Assembly (NCBI GenBank): GCA_963789945.1
Contig: CAWBMN010000007.1
Location: 283,178 to 347,177, forward strand
Direction of reading: 5' to 3'
Source: an uncultured beta proteobacterium
GTDB taxonomy: Bacteria; Pseudomonadota; Gammaproteobacteria; Burkholderiales; JACQAP01
DNA length: 64,000 nt
In this document: positions 46,015 to 57,843 of the stretch, in pieces
How positions within the stretch are numbered: the stretch's first letter is position 1
How the letters are laid out: every line of letters starts with the position of its first letter
Made by a program: the position numbers and the translations under genes
The notes under the pieces: generated by a model
What the model saw: the letters and a program-made list of their open reading frames with translations, nothing else
Databases searched by the model: none
Told to the model about the DNA's origin: nothing

Positions 46015-47709
46015 TCACTCCAGGCGCAATTCCGTGCGCACCGTGCCGGCGCGCTCGTGCCGCGCAGTGAGTTTCAGCGTCGCGCCTTTGGGTGCGCGCA
46101 CCACCCACTCCACTTTCAGCCTGTCGTCGGTCTCGTCCGCGCTCGAACCCGCCCAGGTATTCGCGGCGGCGGGTTTGTGCGCGCGGCCTTCGAGCTGAGT
46201 GAGTTCCTCGCGCAGCTTGCCGGTTTCCAGCGTCGCGCCCTCTGGCAGTTCGATCTCACACACCACACCGCGTGCGAGTTTCTTCTGTTTCGCCATCCTG
46301 GTCACGTAAGTTGGCAGCCAGCCGCTGTTCTGCACCACCAGCCTGACGCGCCAGGCATTCGCCCCGAGCACGACGGCGGAGGCCTCCACAATTTCCAGCC
46401 GCGGTGAGATGAGAGCGTGCCACACCAGCCAGCGAGAGAGCGGCGCGATTTCCTTCTCCAGCAGATGATGCGGAGGATTGGTCCAGGTGTAGAGGCTGTT
46501 CCAGCCGCCGAGCTCTACCCGCCCGAGTTGTGGATGCTCGAACGGATACCAGTCCACGAAGCCCTTGCCCTTCAGGACTTTGTCATTCCATTTCATGAGT
46601 TTCAGATCGTCTTCAGGCGGGTGCTCGCGATACCACTCGATGTATTTGTAGTTGTCGATGCCGGCCTGGCGCTGCGGGCTCCAGATCTCCACGGTCCAGG
46701 CGTATACACCGCGGTGGTCATACATCCAGGAATCGAAATCGCCGGTGATGACTTCCTTCGGGTGATAGCGGAATTCGTGATACGCCGATGCTGCCGGATA
46801 GCCGGTGATCTCGGTGCCCTTCGCGCCGATCTTCTGGAAGGTCCAGAGGTCTTCCGGCGGCAACTGTTCATCCGCCAGGTGTGAGTAGGGTCGCAGCAGC
46901 ACGCCGCTGTAGGTGTGAAAGGCGCATGCGCCGGTTATGTTCGGGTGCCGCGCAATGAAGCCGGTGATCGCGGCGATCTCCGGTTCGGAGGTCGGGAAGG
47001 GCCCGGCGCCGACCTGTTCGTTCTCGCTGCGCCAGTACGCCGGGAAGTTGCGATTGAGATCGAGCCGTTCCTTGCGTGCCTGCAGCTTGATGGTTACGCC
47101 GTCGTAGTCTTTGAACCTTCCCTCCGGCAGCAGGCGGTAGTATTGCCCGCCGGTTTCGGTCGGGTCGCGGCGTAACAAAATGCGCGGGTCCTCCGGGCAA
47201 AGCTTCCACGGCCCATTGGGGTCGGGAATTCGCATCGACAGGATGCGTCCGTCGCCATCCGCGTCCTCGCGAATCAATCCGCCGACCGGTTCCTCGTCAT
47301 AGGGATAGGGCCGGGTGCTGGATCGGATCAGCTTCGGCACATCCGCGAGCGCCCATTCCGCGCCGTCGGGGTTGACCCGTGGGCAGACGTAGAACGCGCG
47401 GGTGTCGAGGCAGCGTGTGATCTCGGGATCGCGCCCGTAGCCGCCAAGGAGGCGCTGGATCAGATGCAGGCAGGCGGCGGAACCCGCCAATTCGGTGGCG
47501 TGGATGTTGCCGTCCACCCAGAAGGCCGGCTTGTCCACGTCCAGCCCCGACTTGTAGCTTGTGACCCGCACCACGTAGATTTCGCGCCCCTCGTAGCTCT
47601 TGCCGACCGGCTCGAGCCGCACCAGATCGGGATGCGCCTCGGCCCAACCGGTGAGGAAGCGCACCATCTCGTCGTACCGGTAGTAGGTATCGAAGCGGAT
47701 GACGTTCAT
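46015..47709 (-). CDS. M14-family zinc carboxypeptidase
   Basis: I take the start at ATG 47709 (MNVIRFDTYYRYDEM); the upstream part of the ORF overlaps dusA. The zinc motif is DGNIHATELAG. Confidence 0.82.
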   Translation of the reverse strand: MNVIRFDTYYRYDEMVRFLTGWAEAHPDLVRLEPVGKSYEGREIYVVRVTSYKSGLDVDKPAFWVDGNIHATELAGSAACLHLIQRLLGGYGRDPEITRCLDTRAFYVCPRVNPDGAEWALADVPKLIRSSTRPYPYDEEPVGGLIREDADGDGRILSMRIPDPNGPWKLCPEDPRILLRRDPTETGGQYYRLLPEGRFKDYDGVTIKLQARKERLDLNRNFPAYWRSENEQVGAGPFPTSEPEIAAITGFIARHPNITGACAFHTYSGVLLRPYSHLADEQLPPEDLWTFQKIGAKGTEITGYPAASAYHEFRYHPKEVITGDFDSWMYDHRGVYAWTVEIWSPQRQAGIDNYKYIEWYREHPPEDDLKLMKWNDKVLKGKGFVDWYPFEHPQLGRVELGGWNSLYTWTNPPHHLLEKEIAPLSRWLVWHALISPRLEIVEASAVVLGANAWRVRLVVQNSGWLPTYVTRMAKQKKLARGVVCEIELPEGATLETGKLREELTQLEGRAHKPAAANTWAGSSADETDDRLKVEWVVRAPKGATLKLTARHERAGTVRTELRLE

Positions 47710-47728
47710 GGCTTGATGCTCGGGTGCT

Positions 47729-48742
47729 TTACGCCACCGCGGCGATCTCGGCCTGTGCGGCTTCGGTCGCCTGCATGGCCTGCAACAGCAATTCGGGGCG
47801 GTTGGCGGCGAGCATTGCGGCATCCGAAAGCATGCGCCGCCATAGCCTGGCATTGGGTTGCCCGTGATAGAGACCGAGCATGTGGCGGGCGATCGCGCGC
47901 AGCGAAGTGCCGCGCGGAACTTCTTCGCGGGCATACTCGAACATCGCCTGCACGATCCGCGCGCGCACAGGCGGCGGGCCACCAAACAGCCGCGTCTCCG
48001 CGGTAGCGAGCACGTAAGGGTCGTGATAAGCGGCGCGCCCGAGCATGACCCCATCCACGTGCTGGAGATGTTGCTCGATCGCCTGCACCGTTTCCACGCC
48101 GCCGTTGATGACAATGCCAAGTTCGGGGAACTCCCGCTTCAGCCGGTAGACGTAGTCGTACTTCAGCGGCGGAACCGCGCGGTTGTCCTTGGGCGACAGG
48201 CCTTTGAGGATGGCATTCCTGGAATGGACGAAAAAGGTCCTGCAGCCCGCTGCCGCAACGGTTTCGACAAAGCGGCGCACGAAGGCATAGTCCTCGATCG
48301 AGTCGATTCCCAGGCGGTGCTTGATGGTGACCGGAACGGCGACCGCGTCCTGCATCGCCTTCACGCACGCGGCCACCAGTTGCGGTTCGGCCATCAGGCA
48401 GGCGCCGAATGCGCCATGCTGCACGCGCTCCGATGGGCAGCCGCAGTTCAGATTGATCTCGTCGTAGCCGTATGCCTGCCCGAGTATTGCGCAACGGGTG
48501 AGATCCACAGGTTCGCTGCCGCCGAGCTGCAGAGCTACCGGATGTTCGGCAGAGTGGAAGCGCAGATGCCGTTCGACGTCGCCGTGGATCAGCGCGCCGG
48601 TGGTCACCATCTCGGAATACACCACCGCATGCGGCGACAGTTGACGGAAAAAGAACCGGCAATGCCGGTCCGACCAATCCATCATCGGCGCAGTGCAGAG
48701 GCGGTGGGAATGCGCTGTTGATTGCGGCATCGGGTAATGCAA
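47729..48742 (-). CDS. dusA: tRNA-dihydrouridine(20/20a) synthase
   Basis: 337 aa. It contains RLCTAPMMDWSDRHCRFF and LNCGCPS, typical of DusA. Confidence 0.92.
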   Translation of the reverse strand: MHYPMPQSTAHSHRLCTAPMMDWSDRHCRFFFRQLSPHAVVYSEMVTTGALIHGDVERHLRFHSAEHPVALQLGGSEPVDLTRCAILGQAYGYDEINLNCGCPSERVQHGAFGACLMAEPQLVAACVKAMQDAVAVPVTIKHRLGIDSIEDYAFVRRFVETVAAAGCRTFFVHSRNAILKGLSPKDNRAVPPLKYDYVYRLKREFPELGIVINGGVETVQAIEQHLQHVDGVMLGRAAYHDPYVLATAETRLFGGPPPVRARIVQAMFEYAREEVPRGTSLRAIARHMLGLYHGQPNARLWRRMLSDAAMLAANRPELLLQAMQATEAAQAEIAAVA

Positions 48743-48770
48743 TTACCGGTTTCCGGCCATCGGGCGCGAT

Positions 48771-49235
48771 CTACCTGCAGTTGCCGGTGCAGCGGACAAC
48801 ACGCTCCCCACAGGTGATCGTGGCGAGCCGTTTGCCGAGCACGGCATCAGTGTCGCCGCCGGTGTGCTCGACGCGCGCGTCATTGCACTGTATATCGGAA
48901 GTCACGAAGAGCGGCTCGGTGATCCATTCCACATTCAGGCACCCCGGCGCACCGACGCCGAATCGCACCCCCATGCTGTAGGTGGCACACAGCAGTCCGG
49001 TGTGCTTGATCCAGCCACTCACCTGAAAGTCGCCGTCGTCGTTGATCCAGGCATGCGAGTCCCCCACGCGAAAATCGAAGTCCAGCCGTTCCGGTTTCGG
49101 CTTGGCGTCCAGCGAATACGTGATCTGCGCGGATGCGGAGACGCCAACCTCATCCGGGCCGAGTTCCTGCTCGACCGGCATAGCGCTCCCGGCCGCAAAA
49201 GCGCCGAGAGCCAGAAGTGCCGCGAAGCGCATCAT
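48771..49235 (-). CDS. Secreted cysteine-containing hypothetical protein
   Basis: The likely start is MMRFAALLALGAFAAGSAMP (a signal peptide). There are six Cys in the mature part. No family recognised. Confidence 0.45.
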   Translation of the reverse strand: MMRFAALLALGAFAAGSAMPVEQELGPDEVGVSASAQITYSLDAKPKPERLDFDFRVGDSHAWINDDGDFQVSGWIKHTGLLCATYSMGVRFGVGAPGCLNVEWITEPLFVTSDIQCNDARVEHTGGDTDAVLGKRLATITCGERVVRCTGNCR

Positions 49236-49287
49236 GAGAAAGTGTTTCCCGAATTCCTTTCGAGGCATCATAGCCCGAATCGGACGA

Positions 49288-49318
49288 CAAAAAAGGCGCA
49301 CGGCCGTGCGCCTTTTTT
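49288..49318. terminator. Bidirectional rho-independent terminator
   Basis: AAAAAA-GGCGCAC-GGCC-GTGCGCC-TTTTTT lies just downstream of the FAH-family gene, which ends at 49337 on the minus strand. Confidence 0.8.
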
Positions 49319-49336
49319 CCCCGATCCCTGGGGGAG

Positions 49337-50182
49337 TCAGCCTCCGTGCACTTTCTGCTTCTGCTCGCCCAGGCCGTCGATTCCCAGGCGCATTTCGTCG
49401 CCTGGCTTGAGGAACTGGGGCGCGGGCTTGATGCCCATGCCGACACCGGGAGGAGTGCCCGTGCTGATCACGTCACCGGGGGTCAGCGTACAAATATAGG
49501 ACAGATAGGAGACCAGCTTCCTTACGCCAAAGATCATGGTATTGGTGTTACCGGTCTGCTTGCGCTTGCCGTTCACGTCCAACCACATGGAGAGGTTCTG
49601 CGGGTCCTTGATCTCGTCGGCAGTGACGAACCAGGGGCCCAGAGGGGCAAAGGTGTCGAAGCTTTTTCCTTTGGACCACTGGCTGCCGTGCTCGAGCTGC
49701 CACTCGCGCTCGGAAACATCGTTGCAGATCATGTAGCCCGCCACGTGGTTCAGTGCGTCGGCTTCAGTGACGCTCTGCGCTTTCTTGCCGATTACGAATG
49801 CAAGTTCGACTTCCCAGTCGCCCTTCTTCGAACCTTTCGGCAGTTTCACGTCGTCGTTCGGTCCGGTGATGGCGCTGATCGCCTTCATGAATACCACCGG
49901 CTCGCCCGGGATCGGCAGATTGGACTCCTTGGCGTGATCCGCATAATTCAGCCCGATGCAGATGAGTTTGGGCACGTTTGCAATCGGCGGTCCGAGGCGC
50001 GGGTTGCCGCTCACCTTCGGCAGGCCATCAACCTTCACCCCGCGCAGCTTGGCAAGCCCCTCGGGCGACACCGCGGCTGCCTCGATGTCCTTCACCACGC
50101 CGGAAAGGTCGCGAATTGCGCCCTGCGCATCCAGAATCCCCGGCTTCTCTTTTCCTGCTTCCCCATAACGTACCAGCTTCAT
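49337..50182 (-). CDS. Fumarylacetoacetate hydrolase (FAH) family protein
   Basis: ATG 50182 follows GGAGGAG. The protein has MKLVRYG, CIGLNYADHAKE and DWEVELAFVIGK, typical of the FAH fold. Confidence 0.85.
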   Translation of the reverse strand: MKLVRYGEAGKEKPGILDAQGAIRDLSGVVKDIEAAAVSPEGLAKLRGVKVDGLPKVSGNPRLGPPIANVPKLICIGLNYADHAKESNLPIPGEPVVFMKAISAITGPNDDVKLPKGSKKGDWEVELAFVIGKKAQSVTEADALNHVAGYMICNDVSEREWQLEHGSQWSKGKSFDTFAPLGPWFVTADEIKDPQNLSMWLDVNGKRKQTGNTNTMIFGVRKLVSYLSYICTLTPGDVISTGTPPGVGMGIKPAPQFLKPGDEMRLGIDGLGEQKQKVHGG

Positions 50183-50195
50183 TTGTTGTCTCCTC

Positions 50196-50395
50196 CTGCA
50201 AAAGTCAAAGTCGTTAGCCACAGAGGACACAGAGACCACAGAGAACTGCAAAGACGAAAACGATAATAGGAACAAAGAACAAAACAAAAACCCGCGGGAA
50301 ACGTCATGTATCCACCCAGTCCCGGTGTCTGTCTCGCGTCTTGCTTATTCGCTCTTCTCTGTGCCCTCTGTGCCCTCTGTGTCCTCTGTGGCCAA
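50196..50395. repeat. Foldback element E10 (CACAGAG units)
   Basis: The leader CTGCAAAAG is followed by the left arm TTAGCCACAGAGGACACAGAGACCACAGAGAAC (3 units). Spacer about 87 bp. The right arm is TTCTCTGTGCCCTCTGTGCCCTCTGTGTCCTCTGTGGCCAA (4 units). It lies between the SDR and FAH genes. Confidence 0.92.
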
Positions 50396-50401
50396 TTCGT
50401 T

Positions 50402-51157
<756 letters not shown>

Positions 51158-51366
51158 CTATTTCTTCGCAACGATCGAGAGGCGTAAGTATGCCACAGGC
51201 AGTCCGGACGACTGATCCGGCCTTGCTGCTGCGCTGCGGTTTACTTTAGACTGCAACGGGCAAAATTATTACAAAGGGAGAGGGGATGAACCGCCGCACC
51301 GCCCTTCGTGTTGGCGCGAGCCGCACGCCGCGATCATCAGGTCAGCGCCGCTACAGGTTCGCGTAA

Positions 51367-52431
<1,065 letters not shown>

Positions 52432-52451
52432 TCCGGAACTGGAGTCAAAAA

Positions 52452-53765
52452 ATGAATCGAATCACAAGGCGTCGTTTTCTCCAGGCTTCCGCTCTCGCGG
52501 GTGCCACACTCGGCGCGCCGATGCTGGCGCGCAACTCTCTCGCCCAGGACCTGTCCTTCAAACCCGAGCCGGGCGCGAAATTGCGGGTGCTGCGCTGGAA
52601 GCGCTTCGTCCAGGGTGACGAAGACCAGTGGATGGCCAATACCAGGGCATTCACCGAAAAGACCGGCGTTGCGGTCACGGTGGACAACGAGAACTGGGAG
52701 GACTTGCGTCCCAAGGCCGCGGTCGCCGCGAACGTGGGCAGCGGACCCGACATTATTCTCTCCACCAACGACGACTCGCACCAGTATCCCGACAAGTTGC
52801 TCGAGATCGGCGATCTGTGCGAGTACCTGGGGAAGAAATACGGCCCCTGGTATCCGAGCGCGCTGGCGTATGGCAAAAGCGGCGGGCGGTGGATCGCGCT
52901 GCCGCTGGGCTCGGGCGGCAACTGCATGAACTACCGCACGAGTCACTTGAATGCCGCCGGCTTCAAGCAATTCCCAAAGGACACCGACGGGTTTCTGAAG
53001 TTGTGCAAGGCGCTCAAGAAGAACGGCACCCCGCCCGGATTCGCGCTCGGCAATGCCACCGGGGACGCCAACGGCTGGTGTCATTGGCTGCTCTGGGCGT
53101 TCGGCGGAAAGATGGTCGACGAGCAGAACCGGCTGGCGATCAATTCGAAGGAAACCGCCGCCGCGCTGGAGTATGCCCGGGAACTGTATCCGACCTTCGT
53201 TTCCGGCACGCTGTCCTGGCTCGATCCGAACAACAACAAGGCCTTTCTCGCCGGGGATATCAGCCTCACCGGCAACGGCATCTCGATCTATTACGCGGCG
53301 AAGACGTCCAAGGACCCGAAGCTGCAAGACATCGCCAAGGACATGAACCATGCCGTGTTCCCGGTCGGGCCGGTCGGCCACCCGACAATGAGCGCGCTGT
53401 TCTTCACTTGCGTAATCTACAAGTACAGCAAGTATCCGAACGCGGCCAAGGAGTACTTGCGCTTCATGATGGAGAAGGAGCAGTACGAAGAGTGGCAGAA
53501 GGCATCGATCGGCTTTGTCACCCAGCCGCTGACCTTCTACGAGCGTAACCCGGTGTGGACCGTGGACCCGAAGCACACGCCGTTCAAGTATTCCTGCAAG
53601 AACATGCTGCCAAATGGCTATGCCGGTACGCTCGGTGCCGCGTCGGCGGGTTGCATTGCCGATTTCATCGTGGTCAACATGGTCGCAGAGGCCGCCTCCG
53701 GTGCCGAAACCGTCAAGGATGCGATGTCCCGGGCGGAGAAGCGGGCGAAGCGGTACTACCGCTGA
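52452..53765 (+). CDS. ABC transporter extracellular solute-binding protein (family 1)
   Basis: ATG 52452. It has a Tat-type signal (MNRITRRRFLQASALAGA). Its ~437 aa length is typical of sugar-binding proteins. Confidence 0.85.
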   Translation: MNRITRRRFLQASALAGATLGAPMLARNSLAQDLSFKPEPGAKLRVLRWKRFVQGDEDQWMANTRAFTEKTGVAVTVDNENWEDLRPKAAVAANVGSGPDIILSTNDDSHQYPDKLLEIGDLCEYLGKKYGPWYPSALAYGKSGGRWIALPLGSGGNCMNYRTSHLNAAGFKQFPKDTDGFLKLCKALKKNGTPPGFALGNATGDANGWCHWLLWAFGGKMVDEQNRLAINSKETAAALEYARELYPTFVSGTLSWLDPNNNKAFLAGDISLTGNGISIYYAAKTSKDPKLQDIAKDMNHAVFPVGPVGHPTMSALFFTCVIYKYSKYPNAAKEYLRFMMEKEQYEEWQKASIGFVTQPLTFYERNPVWTVDPKHTPFKYSCKNMLPNGYAGTLGAASAGCIADFIVVNMVAEAASGAETVKDAMSRAEKRAKRYYR

Positions 53766-53771
53766 CGCGGA

Positions 53772-53892
53772 GTGACCGGTAACCGGTGACTGGTGAGGTA
53801 GGATGGAGCAGGACTCGATGAGGGGACAATAAGTGCAGACTTGCGAAGCACGTCTCATCACGCAGTCACTCGTCACTAGTCACCCGTCACCG
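53772..53892. repeat. Foldback element E11 (GTGACNN heptamers)
   Basis: Left arm: GTGACCG-GTAACCG-GTGACTG-GTGAGGT. Spacer 54 bp. The right arm has five NNGTCAC-type units: (CT)CATCAC-GCAGTCAC-TCGTCAC-TAGTCAC-CCGTCAC. It ends 6 nt before ATG 53898. Confidence 0.9.
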
Positions 53893-53897
53893 ATTCT

Positions 53898-54805
53898 ATG
53901 GGAGCGCTCTCTCGATTCTTCGATAGCCGCAATGTCCTCGGGTTGTTGTTCATGCTGCCCGCGGCGGCACTGCTGCTGGTGTTCCTGACCTATCCGCTGG
54001 GTCTGGGTGTTTGGCTGGGATTCACCGATACCAAGGTCGGGCGCGCCGGAGGCTGGATCGGCATCGAGAACTACGAATTCCTGGTGACCGACAGCGTGTT
54101 CACGCTGTCGGTGTTCAATACCTTCGTGTACACGGTTGTTGCGAGCGTCATCAAGTTCATTCTGGGACTGTGGCTGGCCTTGCTCCTCAACAAGCACATT
54201 CCTTTCAAGTCGTTCGTCCGAGCCATCGTGCTGCTGCCGTTCATCGTGCCCACGGTGCTTTCGGCGATCGCATTCTGGTGGATCTACGATGCCCAGTTCT
54301 CGATCGTGAGTTGGGTGCTGGTGAGACTGGGGATCATTGACCAGTACATCAATTTCCTCGGCGAGCCGAACCTTGCGCGCATGTCCACGATCATCGCCAA
54401 CATCTGGCGTGGCGTGCCCTTCGTGGCGATCTGCCTGCTGGCCGGGCTGCAGACCATACCGCCGTCGATGTACGAAGCGGCGAGCATCGACGGGGCGAGC
54501 CCCTGGCAGCAGTTCTGGCACGTCACGCTGCCCATGCTCTCGCCGATCATCGCGGTGGTCATGACTTTCTCGGTGCTGTTCACGTTCACCGATTTTCAGT
54601 TGATCTGGGTGCTGACCCGCGGCGGACCGATCAACGCCACCCATCTGATGGCCACGCTTTCTTTTCAACGTGCGATCCCCGGCGGGGCACTGGGTGAAGG
54701 TGCGGCGATCGCTACCGCGATGATTCCGTTCCTGCTGGCGGCGATTCTGTTCCGTACTTCGGGTTGCAGCGGAGAAGGTGGCAGCAGGGGGGGAGCGACA
54801 AGTGA
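53898..54805 (+). pseudogene. ABC transporter permease 1 (MalF/UgpA-like) with a -1 frameshift near its 3' end
   Basis: It is a six-TM permease with an EAA-like loop (YEAASIDGASPWQQFWHVTLP). After ...PFLLAAILF the family-like tail YFGLQRRRWQQGGSDK and its stop (TGA 54803-54805) lie in the -1 frame. The annotated ORF instead reads on to 54983 through element E12. Confidence 0.75.
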
Positions 54806-54907
54806 CGAGGTTCGAGGTACGAGGGCCGAGGTTCGAGTGGAAACCAAGCGCTATAGGAAGCATTTGAACTTACTCGGCCCTCGTCACCTCGGTCCTCGGC
54901 CCTCGCT
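54804..54907. repeat. Foldback element E12 (NNCGAGG heptamers)
   Basis: Left arm: GACGAGG-TTCGAGG-TACGAGG-GCCGAGG-TTCGAGT. Spacer 34 bp. Right arm: CTCGGCC-CTCGTCA-CCTCGGT-CCTCGGC-CCTCGCT. It lies between the two permease genes. Confidence 0.9.
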
Positions 54908-54919
54908 CAGCGAGCGCAC

Positions 54920-55790
54920 ATGGCGAGCGCTGAGCCCCGCGAAGGCATGCAGTACCTGGAGTCGCTGCCGCGACGCTGGGTGACGGTTTACATTCCGTTG
55001 CTCGTTTTCCTGTTCGTGCTGCTGTTTCCGTTCTACTGGATGGTGATCACGTCGTTCAAGCCGAACGCGGAACTGCTTTCCAGCAGCGGCAATCCATTCT
55101 GGGTCGTCGATCCGACGCTGGAGCACTTCAGGAAACTCTTCTTCGATACGTCCTATCCGAAGTGGATGTGGAACACGATGCTGGTGTCGGTGGTGTCGAC
55201 TTTCGTTTCGCTGGTTGCCAGCGTGTTCGCCGCCTACGCGATCGAGCGGCTGCGCTTCAGGGGATCGCGGCAGACCGGGCTGGCGATTTTTCTCGCCTAC
55301 CTGATTCCGCCCTCCATCCTGTTCATACCGCTGGCGACCATGGTGTTCCAGCTCGGGATTTTCGACACTCGCTGGGCGTTGATCCTGACGTATCCGACTT
55401 TCCTGATTCCGTTCTGCACCTGGTTGCTGATGGGCTATTTCCGCTCGATCCCGTTCGAGCTTGAGGAGTGCGCACTGATCGACGGCGCTACGCGCTGGCA
55501 GATTCTGATCAGGATCGTTCTGCCGCTGGCGGTGCCGGGGCTGATCTCGGCCGGCATCTTTGCGTTCACGTTGTCCTGGAACGAAGTTCATCTACGCTCT
55601 GACGTTCATTTCGGCTTCCGAGAACAAGACGGTCCCGGTGGGGGTGATCACCGAACTGGTCGAGGGCGACGTGTATCACTGGGGCTCATTGATGGCGGGC
55701 GCTCTGGTCGGCTCGCTGCCGGTGGCGGTGATGTATTCTTTCTTCGTCGAGTATTACGTCGCCGGCATGACCGGCGCGGTTAAGGAATGA
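54920..55790 (+). pseudogene. ABC transporter permease 2 (MalG/UgpE-like) with a +1 frameshift
   Basis: ...GIFAFTLSWNE continues in the next frame as FIYALTFISASENKTVPVGV...YYVAGMTGAVKE (ORF 55560-55790). The break is near 55584. Confidence 0.78.
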
Positions 55791-55794
55791 AGCA

Positions 55795-55963
55795 CTTGAC
55801 CACAGAGGACACAGAGGGCACCGAGGAAAGAAAAGTCAGAAATTGCTTGAGTTAGCACTGGAGCGATATCGGGGATTCCTGCGTCGGCAACCATGAGAGG
55901 CTCGGTCCTCTTCCGATTGCTGCTTTTGTTCTTCTGTGTGATCTCTGTGTTCTCTGTGGTCAA
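55795..55963. repeat. Foldback element E13 (CACAGAG units)
   Basis: Left arm: TTGACCACAGAGGACACAGAGGGCACCGAGGAAAGAAAAG. Spacer about 87 bp. Right arm: CTTTTGTTCTTCTGTGTGATCTCTGTGTTCTCTGTGGTCAA. Confidence 0.92.
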
Positions 55964-55987
55964 ATAATTTTGGGGGGATGGAAAAAA

Positions 55988-57720
55988 ATGGCTGCAAGGA
56001 AAAAACTGCGTAGTTACGACTGGTTCGGCGGAGCCGGGGATCGACAGTATGGTGCATCGCTCGTGGATGAAGAACCAGGGCCTGCCGCGACACTTGTTCG
56101 AGGGCCGTCCGGTGATCGGCATCTGCAATACCTGGTCGGAACTCACGCCCTGCAATGCGCACTTCCGCATGATCGCCGAGCGCGTCAAGCGCGGCGTGCT
56201 ACGAGGCCGGAGGTTTCCCGCTCGAGTTCCCGGTGATGTCGCTGGGCGAGCCGGTGATGCGTCCGACCGCAATGCTGTTCCGCAATCTCGGCGTCGATGG
56301 ACGTCGAGGAATCCATCCGCGCCAATCCGCTCGACGGCGTGATGCTGCTGACCGGCTGCGACAAGACCACGCCGGCACTGATGATGGGCGCGGCATCCTG
56401 CGACGTGCCGACGCATCGTTGTTTCCGGCGGCCCCATGCTCAACGGTCGCTGGCGTGACGAGACTGTCGGTTCCGGCACGCACGTCTGGAAGTTCAAGGA
56501 AATGCTCAAGACGCGGCGAGATGACCGACGAAGACCTGCTCGATGCCGAGCAGGCCATGTCGCGTTCCGCCGGCCATTGCATGACCATGGGTACCGCTTC
56601 GACGATGGCGTCGATGGCCGAGGCACTGGGCATGGCGCTGCCCACCAACGCCGCGATTCCCGCGGTGGATTCGCGCCGCTACGTGCTCGCGCACATGGCG
56701 GGACAGCGGATCGTGCAGATGGTCAAGGAAGATCTGCGCATGTCGAAGATCCTGACCAAACAGGCTTTCGAGAATGCCATCCGCGTTAACGGCGCCATCG
56801 GCGGCTCAACCAACGCGGTGGTGCACCTGCTGGCGTTGGCCGGCCGTATCGGCGTCAAGCTCACGCTGGATGACTGGGATCGCCTCGGCCGCGACCTGCC
56901 CTGCCTGGTGAACCTGATGCCTTCCGGCGAGTATCTCATGGAAGACTTTTATTACGCCGGCGGCCTGCCGGTGGTGATCAGGGAACTGGGCAGGGCCGGC
57001 CTGCTGCACAGGAAGGCGCCCACCGTTAACGGCCAGAGCATCTGGGACAACGTCAGGGACGCCAGGAACTGGAACCCGAAAGTGATCTTCCCGGTGGACA
57101 AGCCGTTCAAGAAGCAGGGTGGCATAGCGGTGCTGCGCGGCAATCTCGTGCCCAAAGGCGCAGTGATCAAGCCCTCGGCCGCAACGCCAAAGCTGATGAA
57201 GCATCGCGGCCGCGCGGTGGTGTTCGAGAACATCGAGGACTACAAGAAGCGAATCGACGACCCTAAGCTGAAAGTGGACGAAACCTGCGTGCTGGTGCTG
57301 AAAAACTGCGGGCCGAAGGGCTATCCGGGTTTCCCTGAGGTCGGCAACTTTGCGCTGCCGGCCAAGGTCCTGAAGAAAGGGATCACGGACATGGTGCGCA
57401 TATCCGATGCGCGCATGAGCGGCACCGCCTACGGCACCGTGGTGCTGCATAGCGCTCCGGAAGCCGCGGCAGGCGGAACGCTGGCGCTGGTGCAGGACGG
57501 CGACATGATCGAGATCGACGTGCCGAAGAGAAAATTGCATCTCGACGTGTCGGAAGCCGAGCTGGCCAGGCGGCGCAAGAAGTGGAAGGCGCCTAAAGCC
57601 ATGGCGGAACGGGGTTACGTAAAGATCTACATCGACCACGTCAATCAGGCGGATGAGGGCGTGGACCTCGACTTTCTGGTGGGCGGCAGCGGCACGCCTC
57701 TGCTGCGGGAGTCCCACTAG
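55988..57720 (+). pseudogene. IlvD/Edd-family sugar-acid dehydratase with five +1 frameshifts in its first ~530 nt
   Basis: Joined across frames, the protein reads MAARKKLRSYDWFGG...MVHRSWMKNQGLP...GRPVIGICNTWSELTPCNAH...EAGGFPLEFPVMSLGE...MDVEESIRANPLDGVMLLTGCDKTTPALMMGA...VSGGPMLNGRW...GEMTDEDLL..., then runs intact to 57720. Breaks are near 56048, 56201, 56292, 56414 and 56514. Confidence 0.8.
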
Positions 57721-57751
57721 GCGGAACGAGCCCCAATACTGGCTGCAAAAA

Positions 57752-57800
57752 GGGGCTGCGCGGGACTAGAATGTCAGTCTTTCCTCACCTGCGCGGCCCC
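57752..57800. repeat. 13-nt-stem inverted repeat between the dehydratase genes
   Basis: GGGGCTGCGCGGG-(23 nt)-CCTGCGCGGCCCC. It is preceded by CTGGCTGCAAAAA, the same leader seen before E7. Confidence 0.7.
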
Positions 57801-57843
57801 TGTCCTTACGCGGTGCCCGCCGTTCACCGAAGGAGATAACAGC

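Noticed and set aside
51286-51366. A 26-codon upstream ORF (MNRRTALRVGASRTPRSSGQRRYRFA) whose stop abuts the ABC ATPase start (TAAATG).
   Set aside because: It is Arg-rich with GC-driven composition and has no recognisable leader-peptide logic. It is more likely chance, and I cannot test it without conservation data.
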